Origin: Antedon mediterranea | Taxonomy: Eukaryota; Animalia; Echinodermata | DNA: 64,000 nt | Assembly: GCF_964355755.1 (NCBI RefSeq) | Contig: NC_092670.1 | Span: 37,746,388-37,810,387, forward strand | Direction of reading: 5' to 3' | In this document: positions 1-12,200 of the stretch, piece after piece | Layout of the letters: each line of letters opens with the position of its first letter | Numbering within the stretch: the first letter of the stretch is position 1 | Notes under the pieces: generated by a model | The model's database searches: none | What the model was told of the DNA's origin: nothing | The model's input: the letters and a program-made list of their open reading frames with translations, nothing else | Translations under genes and position numbers: made by a program

Positions 1-189
1 GTAACGGCTATGAGCGCTCACTAGCTAAACGCATGGGCCACGGAGCTTATGAAGGCTCAGGGGAAGAGTCAATTGAGAGGGGAAAAACAGGCATTTTGTA
101 ATAATTATGTCGAAAAGGCTAAAACGGCCCACAGCGTTGGAGGGCCACTTAGGGTTCCTAAACCTGGAGCCTCAAGCGTTATGCCACTG
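1..189. mobile_element. hAT-like MITE (CAGTGGCRTAAC TIR family), left end outside window
   Basis: Ends GTTATGCCACTG. Homologous to 5458-5625, 14247-14431, 20751-20949 and 48416-48572. Confidence 0.7.
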
Positions 190-237
190 GCACAAGGATG
201 AGTTTAACGCTTTGTTCCCCAGCAGAGCAACAACGTA

Positions 238-835
238 AGGCCAATTTACACAGACGAGCGGTAACGGTAAGTGGAGAAAATCGCGTAGCGTGTCCAATGT
301 AGAATCTGTATCTATCCTGCTGATCTATCATCGCGTTGTGTGTAAATGGTCATAAAGCGTGGTTCCCACCTAGAACCCAACGCAGCGACGTATTGTGACG
401 CAAAGTGACGTATTGTGACGCAAAATGATGTATTGCGTAATCACAAGTGGGAACCAACGACGCAACAATGCTGCAAAAATCGCAGGTTTGATTTCACGCA
501 GGCGGGGGGCAAACACAATTATTGGAAGGATATTTTCTGACGTTGTGTAGGTTGCGTTAGGTTGCGTCGCTAGTGGGAATCAAGCTTTAGGAATAACATA
601 GATTCTATATTTTTATTACCGTTACTTACCGCTCGTCTGTGTAAATTCGCCTTTAGGCACAACGCAATTGAAGTTGACCAGTGATTGTGATTTAAATTCC
701 TAGACGCAACGCAATGATGTACATGGTAAAGCTTGGTTCCCACTAGAACGTAACGCAAGGACGTAAACTGATTGGTCAATTCACTTGCGTTGTGTTACGT
801 CCTTGTGTTGCGTCGCTAGTGGGAACCACGCTTTA
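238..835. mobile_element. Cluster of Harbinger-like MITEs (GGCCAATTTACACAGACG family and AGCKTGGTTCCCACTAG family A)
   Basis: Family A copies at about 356-588 and 730-833 with TAA/TTA flanks. Second-family arms at 238-350 and 600-655. Confidence 0.7.
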
Positions 836-887
836 AAATGATCATGGTACCGTAAAATGTTAATACAGTGTCATTTACTCTCAATAG

Positions 888-1100
888 ATGCGGGTCACAT
901 GTATTGTTTCATTCTGTGGATTAGATGAAGAGGATAACTGCAGGCAATGTACGGACACTGCCATTACTGGTAACACTGAAGAGAGAGGTCGCAGAAGCAT
1001 CCCTGGGGATGGCTTCAGAGGTCACAGAAGCATCCCTGGGGATGACGTCAGAGGTCGCAGAGGCAGCCAAAGACTTGCAAAAGTCTACTTAAATATTTAA
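888..1100 (+). CDS. Probable terminal exon of an upstream gene, ZP-domain-like C-terminus with furin-type RGRR sites
   Basis: Acceptor tttactctcaatag ends at 887. The frame reads MRVTCIVSFC-x7-CRQC...RGRRS...stop. The Cys spacing followed by RxRR resembles the end of a ZP-C domain (inference). The rest of the gene is outside the window. Confidence 0.45.
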   Translation: MRVTCIVSFCGLDEEDNCRQCTDTAITGNTEERGRRSIPGDGFRGHRSIPGDDVRGRRGSQRLAKVYLNI

Positions 1101-1199
1101 TTTACAAGTAGATTTTAATGAATATCGAATTATGTTAATATTATTCGTATAGCCTTAAACGTATTAGCAGGGATGTATACCTCCTCCCTGATATTAGAA

Positions 1200-1465
1200 T
1201 ACTAGACGCGATGGATTATTTGAACTGTCACTTGTCATTGGTCAACACGCTTGCATTGCGTTTACGTCCTTGCGTTACGTCCTAAAGCGTGGTTCCCACT
1301 AGCAACGCAACGCAAGGACGTAACGCAACGCAAGTGAATTGACCAATCACAAGCGATGGCTTATTCGCTTGTGATTGCTAACTGTCTATAACTTCGCTTG
1401 TCATTGGTTAAAACGCTTGCGTTGCCTTTACGTCCTTGCGTTACGTTCTAGTGGGTACCAGGCTT
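1200..1465. mobile_element. Family A MITE, partial plus full copy
   Basis: AGCGTGGTTCCCACTAG...CTAGTGGGTACCAGGCT TIRs. Confidence 0.75.
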
Positions 1466-2005
1466 TTGTGAGTAGGATGCAAAATAGACTGTAACACATT
1501 AAATCACCGGTGGATTGAAGTGTCAGTATGCCTATAAGTGAATTACCTATCTCGAGGATCATCAGTCGCCCCCACACCACCAAATGCTAATATTTATTGA
1601 TGATATCATTATATCTCTTTATTGATTGATTGATTATTGATTATTGATTGATTGTTGTTGATTATATCTCTTTATTGATTGATTGTTATTAATTGATATT
1701 ATATGATATCTGTTTATGTAGCATCTCTCTTTTCGCCCTCAAAATCGTAACCCAACTACCGACTAGTTAGCACGTAAACGGAACAGCAGCAAGCTAAGTG
1801 TAAACTTTTTTATTAATACAAAATCAGTTTAATATGCACTATAATGTTATATATAGGCCTACAATTGATTGGACAAAGTATCAGTTCAATCAAATTGATT
1901 CTTTGCAATATTATAATTATTAACAAAAAGGTTATTTTCCATAAAAATGAACATAGGCCATTTTTTTAAATAGTTATGTCCACATGTATTTCAGTTGGTT
2001 GAAAA

Positions 2006-2054
2006 CTAGGCGACCTCTTGTTGATGTGATGATGATCCATTGTCAGTAGGCCAT
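2006..2054 (-). CDS. Identical second copy of the C10orf67 terminal exon (alternative last exon or pseudo-exon)
   Basis: Same acceptor (atttcgttgtag) and same (K)WPTDNGSSSHQQEVA* as 6291-6339. AATAAA on the minus strand at 1809-1814. Confidence 0.5.
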
Positions 2055-2261
2055 CTACAACGAAATAATGATGATACAAGTTCATATAATTATTAAATCA
2101 ATAATAAAAAACAATACAGGTTCATGTATATATTATTTGTGTAGGCCTCCAGTAAATCTTATTTATTTATTTTATTATTTTATTTATTCAATTGTTGCCA
2201 TATACAATACAAAGAAAAAGTCAAACGAAATATAAAAGGCAAGAAAAGACCAAACACGTGC

Positions 2262-2476
2262 TAAACACCTATGCTAGTTGATAAACCCAGAACGGTGCTA
2301 TAACACCTATGCTAGTTGATAAACCCAGAACGGTGCTATAACACCTATGCTAGTTGATAAACCCAGATCGGTGCTATAACACCTATGCTAGTTGATAAAC
2401 CCAGAACGGTGCTATAACACCTATGCTAGTTGATCAACCCAGAACGGTGCTATAACACCTATGCTAGTTGATCAAC
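2262..2476. repeat. 38-bp minisatellite, about 5.5 units
   Basis: Unit ataacacctatgctagttgataaacccagaacggtgct. Confidence 0.95.
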
Positions 2477-2696
2477 TAAATAAACAAAATATGCATTCTA
2501 CCTCCAATGAGTGTATACAATTTAATAAGTATACTAAATCTGTTACGATGGGATGTAACTTTAGTACCTAAAATCTCAAGAAGAATAGACCAATGAAAAC
2601 GTCGGAAATCACTGCGCGTGGTTACCGACCAATCACGGAGCTTCCTCGATTAGACATCATCTGAATGGATGGTTGTGTGCCTCTATATACAGTAGT

Positions 2697-3484
2697 AGGC
2701 TATTTTCCTGTCGACGTTAGTCAACGATATCATCGTTAATCGTTAAAAGTTCAACGACGATCGTTTGAAATCGATCAAGTTGAAATGATAACGATAGCGA
2801 TCGAGTACCTTTTCCTGTAAAGCTTGGTTCCCACTAGCGACGCAACGTAACGCAATCTACGCAACGTAATTGAATGCCCTTCCAATAAATGTGTTTGCAC
2901 CCCGCCTGCGTGAAATCAAACGATTTGTGCAGCATTGTTGCGTCGTCGGTTCTCAACATCCAACTTTTAAAATGGCTAAATACTATGGAAAATGTGTGTT
3001 TTATCACTATTATTTTAAGGTAAATGAAATCAAAAAGATTGATTATGTATTACAGTAGAATCCCCATAAATTATACACTTCGATAAGGGTTTCCGTTTAC
3101 ACGGGAAGTACCGGTATGGTGTACCCTAAATAGAGGTGTCAGATGAAGGGGATTCTGCTGTAATTTTGTTTCTTTTCAATTTCAATTTTTTCGTTTCTGT
3201 CGTATTTATATGGTATTGATTTTTTTTTTGTAATACAGTATCACTAAAAAACAATCAATATTGATTGAACGAGTTGTACTGCACATCAGTCTCGTGTCTA
3301 AATAAAGTTTATATATATAATCGTGATAACGCAATACAGCATGCACTTTGCGTCAATACGTCGTTGCGTTGCGTCTCTAGTGGGAACCACGCTTTAATCA
3401 ACATAACATTTCAATGTTTACGTAGAAGGTCGCCGATTATTGTTAACGATAACATCGAATAACGTCAAAAGGAAAACAGGCTTA
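2697..3484. mobile_element. Nested MITEs: outer TIR element, family A long form, and an insertion containing a pogo-like MITE
   Basis: Outer arms ggctattttcctgtcgacgtt / aacgtcaaaaggaaaacaggct. Family A spans 2821-3393 and is interrupted at about 2957-3320. TA-CAGTAGAATCCCC...GGGGATTCTGCTG-TA at 3054-3160. Confidence 0.65.
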
Positions 3485-5044
3485 TTACATCTGTACTTTT
3501 CTTAATGACATTTAAACGTTTCTTTTTAAAATTAAAAAATAATCCCACGCACGAGGATTATGCATTGAGGTGAGGTATTGCAGGTTATTAGATCCTGGTT
3601 TAATAAGAAAATATGCAAAATTTAACAGGTTGCTCGTGGTTTTATGAAAAAATAACATCGCTTGCGTGACACAATTAATTTCTTGACATCAACAGGGAGG
3701 AGGACAAAACATGTTTACAGTCGCTTATTTTAAGATCTGGTCTGACCTTTTTGAAAGTATTGATAGTGAAGGGTGTATTAGGGTGGGGTCTGCCACGTGA
3801 GAAGGCCTCAGAGCTGAGACAACAATTCGAATTTGCATTGTCGTTTCAGCATGACTTATGATGACGTATTTACACTTAAAAGAAAATGCAGGATTTTACA
3901 CATTGCGATCGAAAATTAGTGGCACTTAAAAATCCGCCCTTTTATTTATTTATAATGTACACGACACAATTTTTCACATCCGAATATCAATTGGGTTCGA
4001 TATGTTTACGAACATTTTTTGGCCAGATGTTAAAATAAAGGCGTTCACGTAGCTTAAATATCGTTTTTGGTTTTATTCATCAAGCTACCGGCCCAAATTG
4101 TACCGTAGTTTGCGGAACGTTGATTTAAGTGTATAAACACTGTCTAGTCTCAGTTTTCAGAAAACATTTTTGAGCGAGGTCCAAATTCACGTACAGGGCC
4201 TAAAGAAAACTTTATTAGAGAGATGAGACCATAATAATATTTGATAATAAAATCGTAAAACATGCGCACCCTTCGAAATTTATAAAATTTATTTATTGCC
4301 CAACTATTAATGAGTACCTCTAAAAACGATGAGTCTTCCGCTGGACTATGTCTATATATATGGTGACAATGTTGCCAAATCCGTTGAGTAGTTTTGACGT
4401 AATCTTGCTAATTAGACACATACTACAGATACACTAACAAACAGAAGTAGCACAAAAGTAGGCCTAATTATGCCTTGTGTAGTATACAATGAGGCTAATT
4501 TCGTAGGCATAACATAAACGGAGAAAAATACAACAGTACTTTAAGAGATACAATAATTAGCCTAATATGACATCATTTTCTCTTTCTGTTGTGATTGTGG
4601 TTGAACATTCATATTTTATTCATGGGAAAAATGGCAAAATCAGCACTGTGGTCATTTTACAAGAGTTGTCAAAACAATATAGATTAACTAATAAAACTCC
4701 TAGATAGTAAGAAACCTTTGACCATTTTCCTCCTGACTGATTTAGAAAAACTTGTAATTCCGTAATTATGTAATGAAATTAAAATGTGAGGTTATTATAT
4801 TTAACAAAAGTATCGTGCGATATAATTATGACGTTGCAATGAACACGTGTATAGGTATTATGTGGTCAAGTATTTTTAAAAAAGAAGTAGGCGTAAATAC
4901 AATAAATAAATTGGCGAAATCCATGAATATCGTGCAAAATAGTTATGCCTCATTTGAACACGTGTGTATAAGTTGTGATGTGGTCAAATATTTAAAAAAT
5001 ACCATAGTCATTAGGGAATAATATATATAATAATAACACTAACC

Positions 5045-5045
<1 letters not shown>

Positions 5046-5085
<40 letters not shown>
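5046..5085. repeat. (AAT)n microsatellite
   Basis: Direct reading. Confidence 0.95.
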
Positions 5086-5086
<1 letters not shown>

Positions 5087-5730
5087 TAGGCCAACAATTT
5101 CCGTTCCCCCTTAATCAACTGCGGTTATTTCTTTATTTTGAAATCGTATAAGACGACAATAACAATGACATAATAATATACTATAAATGTAATGACACCG
5201 ACTATACCACCCACTTTCTTTCCTATACCCATAGTACCGTCCTAGTCTCCTTTATTAAGTAGATGATTATGTCACCAATAATAATACTTAATGGATTAAC
5301 CCAGTTTAGTCATCATGAGAATATGTTTTTGTGTGTGAATAGGTGAGTCGATAACAACTTGGTACTTTTCCCCAAAAATTCTTAATGTTTTACCTGTTTT
5401 TAGCAGAAAATTATCTTACCTTATGACCGTTTCTGTATTTATTTGATTGATTTAAACTTGGCGTGACGATTATGAGCGCTTACTGGCTAAGCCCATGGGC
5501 TTATGAGGGCCCCTGAGCAGAGTCAATTCATAGGGAAAAAACAGGCATCGTAATATGTCGAAAAAGCTAAAAACGACCTACAGCGTTGGAGGGCCACTTA
5601 GGGTTCCTAAACCAAGAGTCTTCGGATGAGTTTATTTCTTTCCTGATATTATATGATATCTGTTTATGTAGCATAATATCTCTTTTCGCCCTCAAAATCA
5701 TGACCCAACTATCGACTTAGTTCAAACTCA

Positions 5731-6064
5731 AGCGTGGTTCCCACTAGAACGCAGCGCAGTATCGACGTAAAGTACTGTTTTGCGTAATCACAAGTGGGAA
5801 CCGAGGTTTGATTTCACGCAGGCGGGGAAAAACATAATTATAAAGCTTGGTTCCCACTAGAACGTAACGCAAGGACGTAAACGCAACGCAAGCGTTTTAA
5901 CCAATGACAAGCGAAGTTATAGACAGTTAGCAATCACAAGCGAATAAGTCATCGCTTGTGATTGGTCAATTCACTTGCGTTGCGTTACGTCCTTGTGTTG
6001 CGTCGCTAGTGGGAACCACGCTGTAGGTAGCGTTACGTTGCGTCGCTAGTGGGAACCACGCTTT
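5731..6064. mobile_element. Family A long MITE with a family A short MITE nested inside (5844-6022)
   Basis: Two left and two right TIRs. Absent from the paralogous copy near 1770. Confidence 0.8.
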
Positions 6065-6290
6065 AAACGGAACAACAGCAAGTAAAAAATGTAAACTTCT
6101 TTTCTTTTTACAAAATCAGTTTAATATGCACTATAATGTTATATATACAATTGATTGGACAAAGTGTCAGTTCATTCAAATTGATTCTTTTCAATATTAT
6201 AATTATCAACAAAACGATTATTTTCCATAAAAATGAACATAGGCCACTTTAAAAATAGTTATGTCCACATGTATTTCAGTTGGTTGAAAA

Positions 6291-9200
6291 CTAGGCGACC
6301 TCTTGTTGATGTGATGATGATCCATTGTCAGTAGGCCATCTACAACGAAATAATGATACAAGTTTATATAATTATTAAATCAATAATAAAAAACAATACA
6401 GGGTCATGTATATTATTTGTGTAGACCTCCAGGAAATCTTATTTATTTATTTAATTATTTTATTGATTCAATTGTTGCCATATACAATACAAAGAAAAAG
6501 TCAAAACGAAATATAAAAGGCAAGAAAAGACCAAACACGTGCTAAACACCTATGCTAGTTGATAAACCCAGAACGGTGCTATAACACCTATGCTAGTTGA
6601 TAAACCCAGAACGGTGCTAAACACCTATGCTAGTTGATAAACCCAGAACGGTGCTATAACACCTATGCTAGTTGATAAACCCAGAACGGTGCTATAACAC
6701 CTATGCTAGTTGATAAACCCAGAACGGTGCTATAACACCTATGCTAGTTGATAAACCCAGAACGGTGCTATAACACCTATGCTAGTTGATAAACCCAGAA
6801 CGGTGCTATAACACCTATGCTAGTTGATAAACCCAGAACGGTGCTATAACACCTATGCTAGTTGATAAACCCAGAACGGTGCTATAACACCTATGCTAGT
6901 TGATAAACCCAGAACGGTGCACAGAAATAAACAAAAACACATTCTATACAATTAAAGCATCTAGAAAGCGACTAATACATTTTACTATTTTATTGACTAT
7001 TTCATATATTTTTGGGATTCTCTTCCAAACTGCATTAAAGATGCACAGTCGGTGGCTCTCTTAAGACATACTTTTTAAATAAAACATATTAACCCCTCTT
7101 TTTTTCTCCTTTACCATGCCACCTAGATTGTTTTAGATCCGGGATGACCGACTTTAGATCTAGTATAAGCGACGAAGGCGTATCTCCTTACTTCGGTCTG
7201 GGTTTATTTTTGGGCATTGTTGGTATTCCTTTTATCGTATTATGTACAGTGCTTAGATGTTCACAACATTAGGCGCTATATAAATCATAAATACAGGATA
7301 TTTTTAATATTATTTGTAACTTAACTTTCAAAAGAACTGAATCATCTATTGTTTCACTTACAAAAAAAATAAAAAATAAATAAATACACACTACATACGT
7401 CAACAGACACGGGTGTATTTTTACATTTTTACAAAAAAAAGCTGAACGTACTTAAACTGTCGTTCATTTTAAAGCTTGGTTCCCTCTAGGACGTAAACGT
7501 AACGCAAGCGTTTTGACCAATGACAAGCGACATTTCGAATAATTAATCGCTTGTAATTGGTTAAAGCTTGGTTCCCACTAGAACGTAACGCAAGGACGTA
7601 AACGCAACGCAAGCGTTTTAACCAATGACAAGCGAAGTTATAGACAGTTAGCAATCACAAGCGAATAAGTCATCGCTTGTGATTGGTCAATTCACTTGCG
7701 TTGCGTTACGTCCTTGTGTTGCGTCTCGTGTGGGAACAAAGCATTAATAAACGGTACGAGATGCGTAATTGGTTAATTAATCACTTTATTTTAGAACAAA
7801 TTCAAAACGGCAAATCACACTGAAATACGAATTTTAGTGAAGAGATTTGAACATCAAAACACACAGTGGTGTATCCAGGATTTTGAAGTCTGGGGGCCAG
7901 GAAATTGCCAATTTGCCGCCAAATTACCTGTACATACACCTGATCAATATATGTTCTAGGATTGCATAGTCATGTTGTCTTATAGGGATAACGATGCAAA
8001 ATTAAACATTATCTGTTAGTATGTTGTATTAATATTACAATAAAGAAAGAATTACGGAAATCTGACTTGTAGTTTTCGAAATATAGGGTCTAAAACATCG
8101 CCGAAAATGATCGTTTTTAGCCACGAAAGAAGTAAAACAATTTGCAGCCTCAGTCGACAATTCTATTAACTAGTACGCCATTTTTGGTTAAAATAATTAC
8201 ATATAATTACGTTTTTTAGTAATTTATTTTATATATAACCATTGGAAATATCAATAAAACATGTTATTAAATGTTTATAAAATATATAAAGTTGTTTACT
8301 TAACGGAATTCTAACAAATTTATTGCTCTAAATGTGTAGAGACTTCATGGTACACGTTATGCGCGAGGGAAAACATTCCGCTGTTGCGGGTGATTCGCAT
8401 CCACCAATCAAATCAAATCAACCAGAATCCAAAATCATTCAAACGTGAGCAAAGCCGATCGCGGGAAAGCTCAAATTTGATTGGCTTACGATGACATCAT
8501 ATCACAAAATTCTGTTCAAAAAATGAAGTACATGGATACATTATTTTTTATGATATGTGTGCTTTTTCTTTAAAAAATTTGAATATAAAAGGCCTCATAT
8601 CGAGAAAAAACTTGTGGCAGGTAGCCAGTTAAGAAATTGTAATCATATTGGAGTTTAAACAAACAGAAACAAAACAAGACAAACAAACATGTAAAGCAAG
8701 ACAACGACAAATTAATAATAATAAAATACTATGGAAGCACAGAAAACCCAGAATAAACTTGTTGTTTTATTATTATTAGTTATTTATGGAGTAGAATTTT
8801 TTTAAGTTTAAAAGAAAATGTATTTTTTGAAGGTGCCAATTTAATTTCGTCGGGGAGATCATTAAATAATTTGGTGCCACTATAACGGATATTATGTTGC
8901 ATTAATGTTAATTTGGTAAGGGGAGGGTGGAGATTACAGGAGGATCTAGTTTTATGGGTATGAATGCTATTATTTTTCATAAAGCTGCAAGAAAGTTTGG
9001 TCGGAAGTAGACAGTTGACATGTTCATAGACGAAGGTGCATTGTTGGAGGATATTGATGTTTTGGACAGTTAATAATTTAAGGTCAGAGAAAAGCTCACT
9101 AGTGTGATCTAGGCATGACGCACCAGAGATGAGGCGAATAGCTTTTTTTTGGAGAATAACAATTTTGTTGAGGTTTCAAACATAGTTGTTTGCCCAGACA

Positions 9201-12200
9201 ATATTACAGTAAGAAATAAAAGGTAAAACAAGTGAACAATAAATCATGCGAAGGACTTCTTTGGGCAAGTAAAATGACAGACGATATAAAATTCCAATAT
9301 TTTTCGAAATTTTAGTTTCGATTTCTTTAATGTGATGTTTGAAGTTTAGTTCTTCGTCTATTTCTACTCCAAGAAATTTAGTATGCTTAAGAGGAATTTT
9401 GTGGGCAGCAAGGTAAACATTATGAGTGTCGTTAATCAAATCTTGGTGTCGAAAACCAAAAAGCATAAAATGGCATTTGTTAATATTTATTGAAAGTTTG
9501 TTTGCATTGAAATAATCGTTCACGTTCTTCAATTCCCTATTAAAAGTATTGAAAATGAAAGCAAAATTAGTGTGTGAATAAAAAATGGTTGTGTCATCAG
9601 CATAAAGATAAAAAGAAAGGATGTCAGATGCATTAATCATTGATATACAATAAAAAAAAGAAGAGGGCCTAATAGAGACCCTTGAGGAACACCACAAACA
9701 ATAGATTTAAAATAGGAAGAAACATTGTTGATATAGGTGCATTGAAGTCGATTGGAGAGATAATCTTTAAAAAGGTCAAGAGTAATGCCACGGATACCAT
9801 AGTTAAAGAGTTTTGAAAGTAAAATAGTGTGATCAATGGTATCGAATGCCTTAGAAAGATCTATGAATAGGTCAGACGAAAACAACTTACACTCACTCAC
9901 TATCTCAACTCTTAATCTAAAACCACAGACGCACGTACGTACAGTTTTTTTTAATGTGGTTACATCTTAATATACAGCAGTACAGATTAACAAATTAGAT
10001 TGCAGGAAAACAAACAAATGTGATATATACCACCAAAAAAGAGAGATTTCTCTTCTCCTTCTAAAAAATGACGACAGATCACCAAAAGCGTAAATAAACA
10101 CTGTCAAGTGGCTCTCTCGGCAAAGAGTGACACATTAACCAATTTTTTAATTTTTTAATTTTATTAAAATGATTAAAACAACATAGTAAATAAAAAAGTT
10201 CAGTAATCCAATTTACGCTGATAATTATACATCATAAATATCTACTAGACACTTTTGTGTGTCGGAACTTGTATGTAGGCCTACTTACTTTTGAGGCGGG
10301 GGCGTGGGTAACGGCAAAATGCCCATTTCATCAATTTCTGTTTCCTCGTCTGGTTCGACAATCTGCGATTCTATTTCAAACAAATTACATACGTTAGGCT
10401 TATCATTAATAATAAGTTAATGTAAACTTCACCTTAAACATATATAAGCTTGGCATGGTAGAATGAATGTATAGAATCTATAGCAAGGACGTGATGCAAC
10501 GTAAAGAGATTTGAGCAATCTCAAGCGATGGATTCGAACAGTCGTGTGTGATTGGTCAACTCGCTTGCGTTGCATCTACGTCCTTGTGTTGCGTTCTAGT
10601 GGGAACCAAGCTTAAAGGAGAGTCAATTCGGAATATTGGAATCGGTATTGGAACAGATTTGGACACACAATTTGAAAATTATTTAAATTTCTTTTTTATA
10701 ATTATCAACTACGTACTACTTTTTTTATATGGTAAGATTATAAACCAGTTGTAACATAATTGTGTTTACAAATGAGACAATACAGTATTCTTGATACAGA
10801 TCAATGCATTCACTTTGAGGGAGGGGTGGGTTATGGTCAGCTGGGGGAGGGGTGGGTGGATGCATAATACTGATTTAGTTCATACCTCCAGTTGAAAAGA
10901 AGTCAACACCTCTATTAGGCGGGGGCGACATCGTGAATGGAGTCGTAGTGTCTCTTACAACATTACCACCGTGTCGACCAATTCCTGGCTAGTACAAAAA
11001 AAAGATGTTAGAATTAAATTCAAAATTATACTAGGCCTATAATACGTTGCAAGTGACTAAAATGACTTGTTAAAATTTGCTGTTTTATGGTACGTGGGCC
11101 TAATAATATTATTGTATTGTAATTGCTGATAAAAATGACTTCCTATGGTTATATACAGTAATGTGTCGGACACTACGCATTAATCATTTCTGGTGGTTAA
11201 TACTTTTATGGTATTAGTTATTTATATTTTTGCAAAAAAAAAAAGATTGTATAAAATTAGTAGGGACTTTCTTGCATTAAAAAGGGTGTATTCATTCTTT
11301 TTATTCAAATGTTTCATTACAATATGTAATACTTACCAGGGGGTATGATGGGGCTTTCATGGGGCTGTTTGGTGGAAGCTGTGGGGCTGGGACAATACCC
11401 ATGTGTGTGTCAGACTATATTTTAAAAAGATAGACAAAAACTTAGTTTTTATATCAAATAAAAAAGTAAATACTGGTAAAAATATAAAACAAGAAGAAGA
11501 TTCACTTACTCTATCACAGGATGTGGATAGTTTCCTTGTATCATTATATTATTTCCATTATGTGGATTAAAAGTGGGAAACAATTTTATCTCACTTGTAA
11601 AAAGTAGGTTATTCGTAAAAAGTGAGTTTATCGTTTAATTCACATAATGGAAATAATATAATGATACAAGGAAACTATTCACATCCTGTGATAGAGTAGT
11701 GAATCTTCTTTTTGAATCTTTTTCTTGGTAAAATGCAAAACAAGAAGAATTACACTATCCGGATGTGGATAGTTTCCTTGTATCATTACAAGTGAGATAA
11801 GATTGTTTCCCACTTTTCCCTTCCTGGACCGGACACACACCCTTTCTACTCTTCACTCTGGCTTTCCTCAAATTCTAGATTCACTCTGGCTTTGCTCCCT
11901 TTCTGGACACACCCCCTTGCCCCCTTGCTCCCATCCTGGGAACACACCCCTTTTGCCCTTTTTGGATTCACCCTGGCTTTGATCCCTTCCTGGACACACC
12001 CCCTTGCTCCCTTCTTGGATACAATCCCCCTTGCTCCCATCCTGGGAACACACCCCTTTTGTCCTTTTTGGATTCACCCTGGCTTTGCTCCCTGGCTTTG
12101 ATCCCTTCCTGGACACACCCCCTTGCTCCCTTCTTGGATACAATCCCCCTTGCTCCCATCCTGGGAACACACCCCTTTTGTCCTTTTTGGATTCACCCTG

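Noticed and set aside
4320-4445. Helentron/HINE-like fragment
   Set aside because: Only a vague resemblance, with no definable termini.
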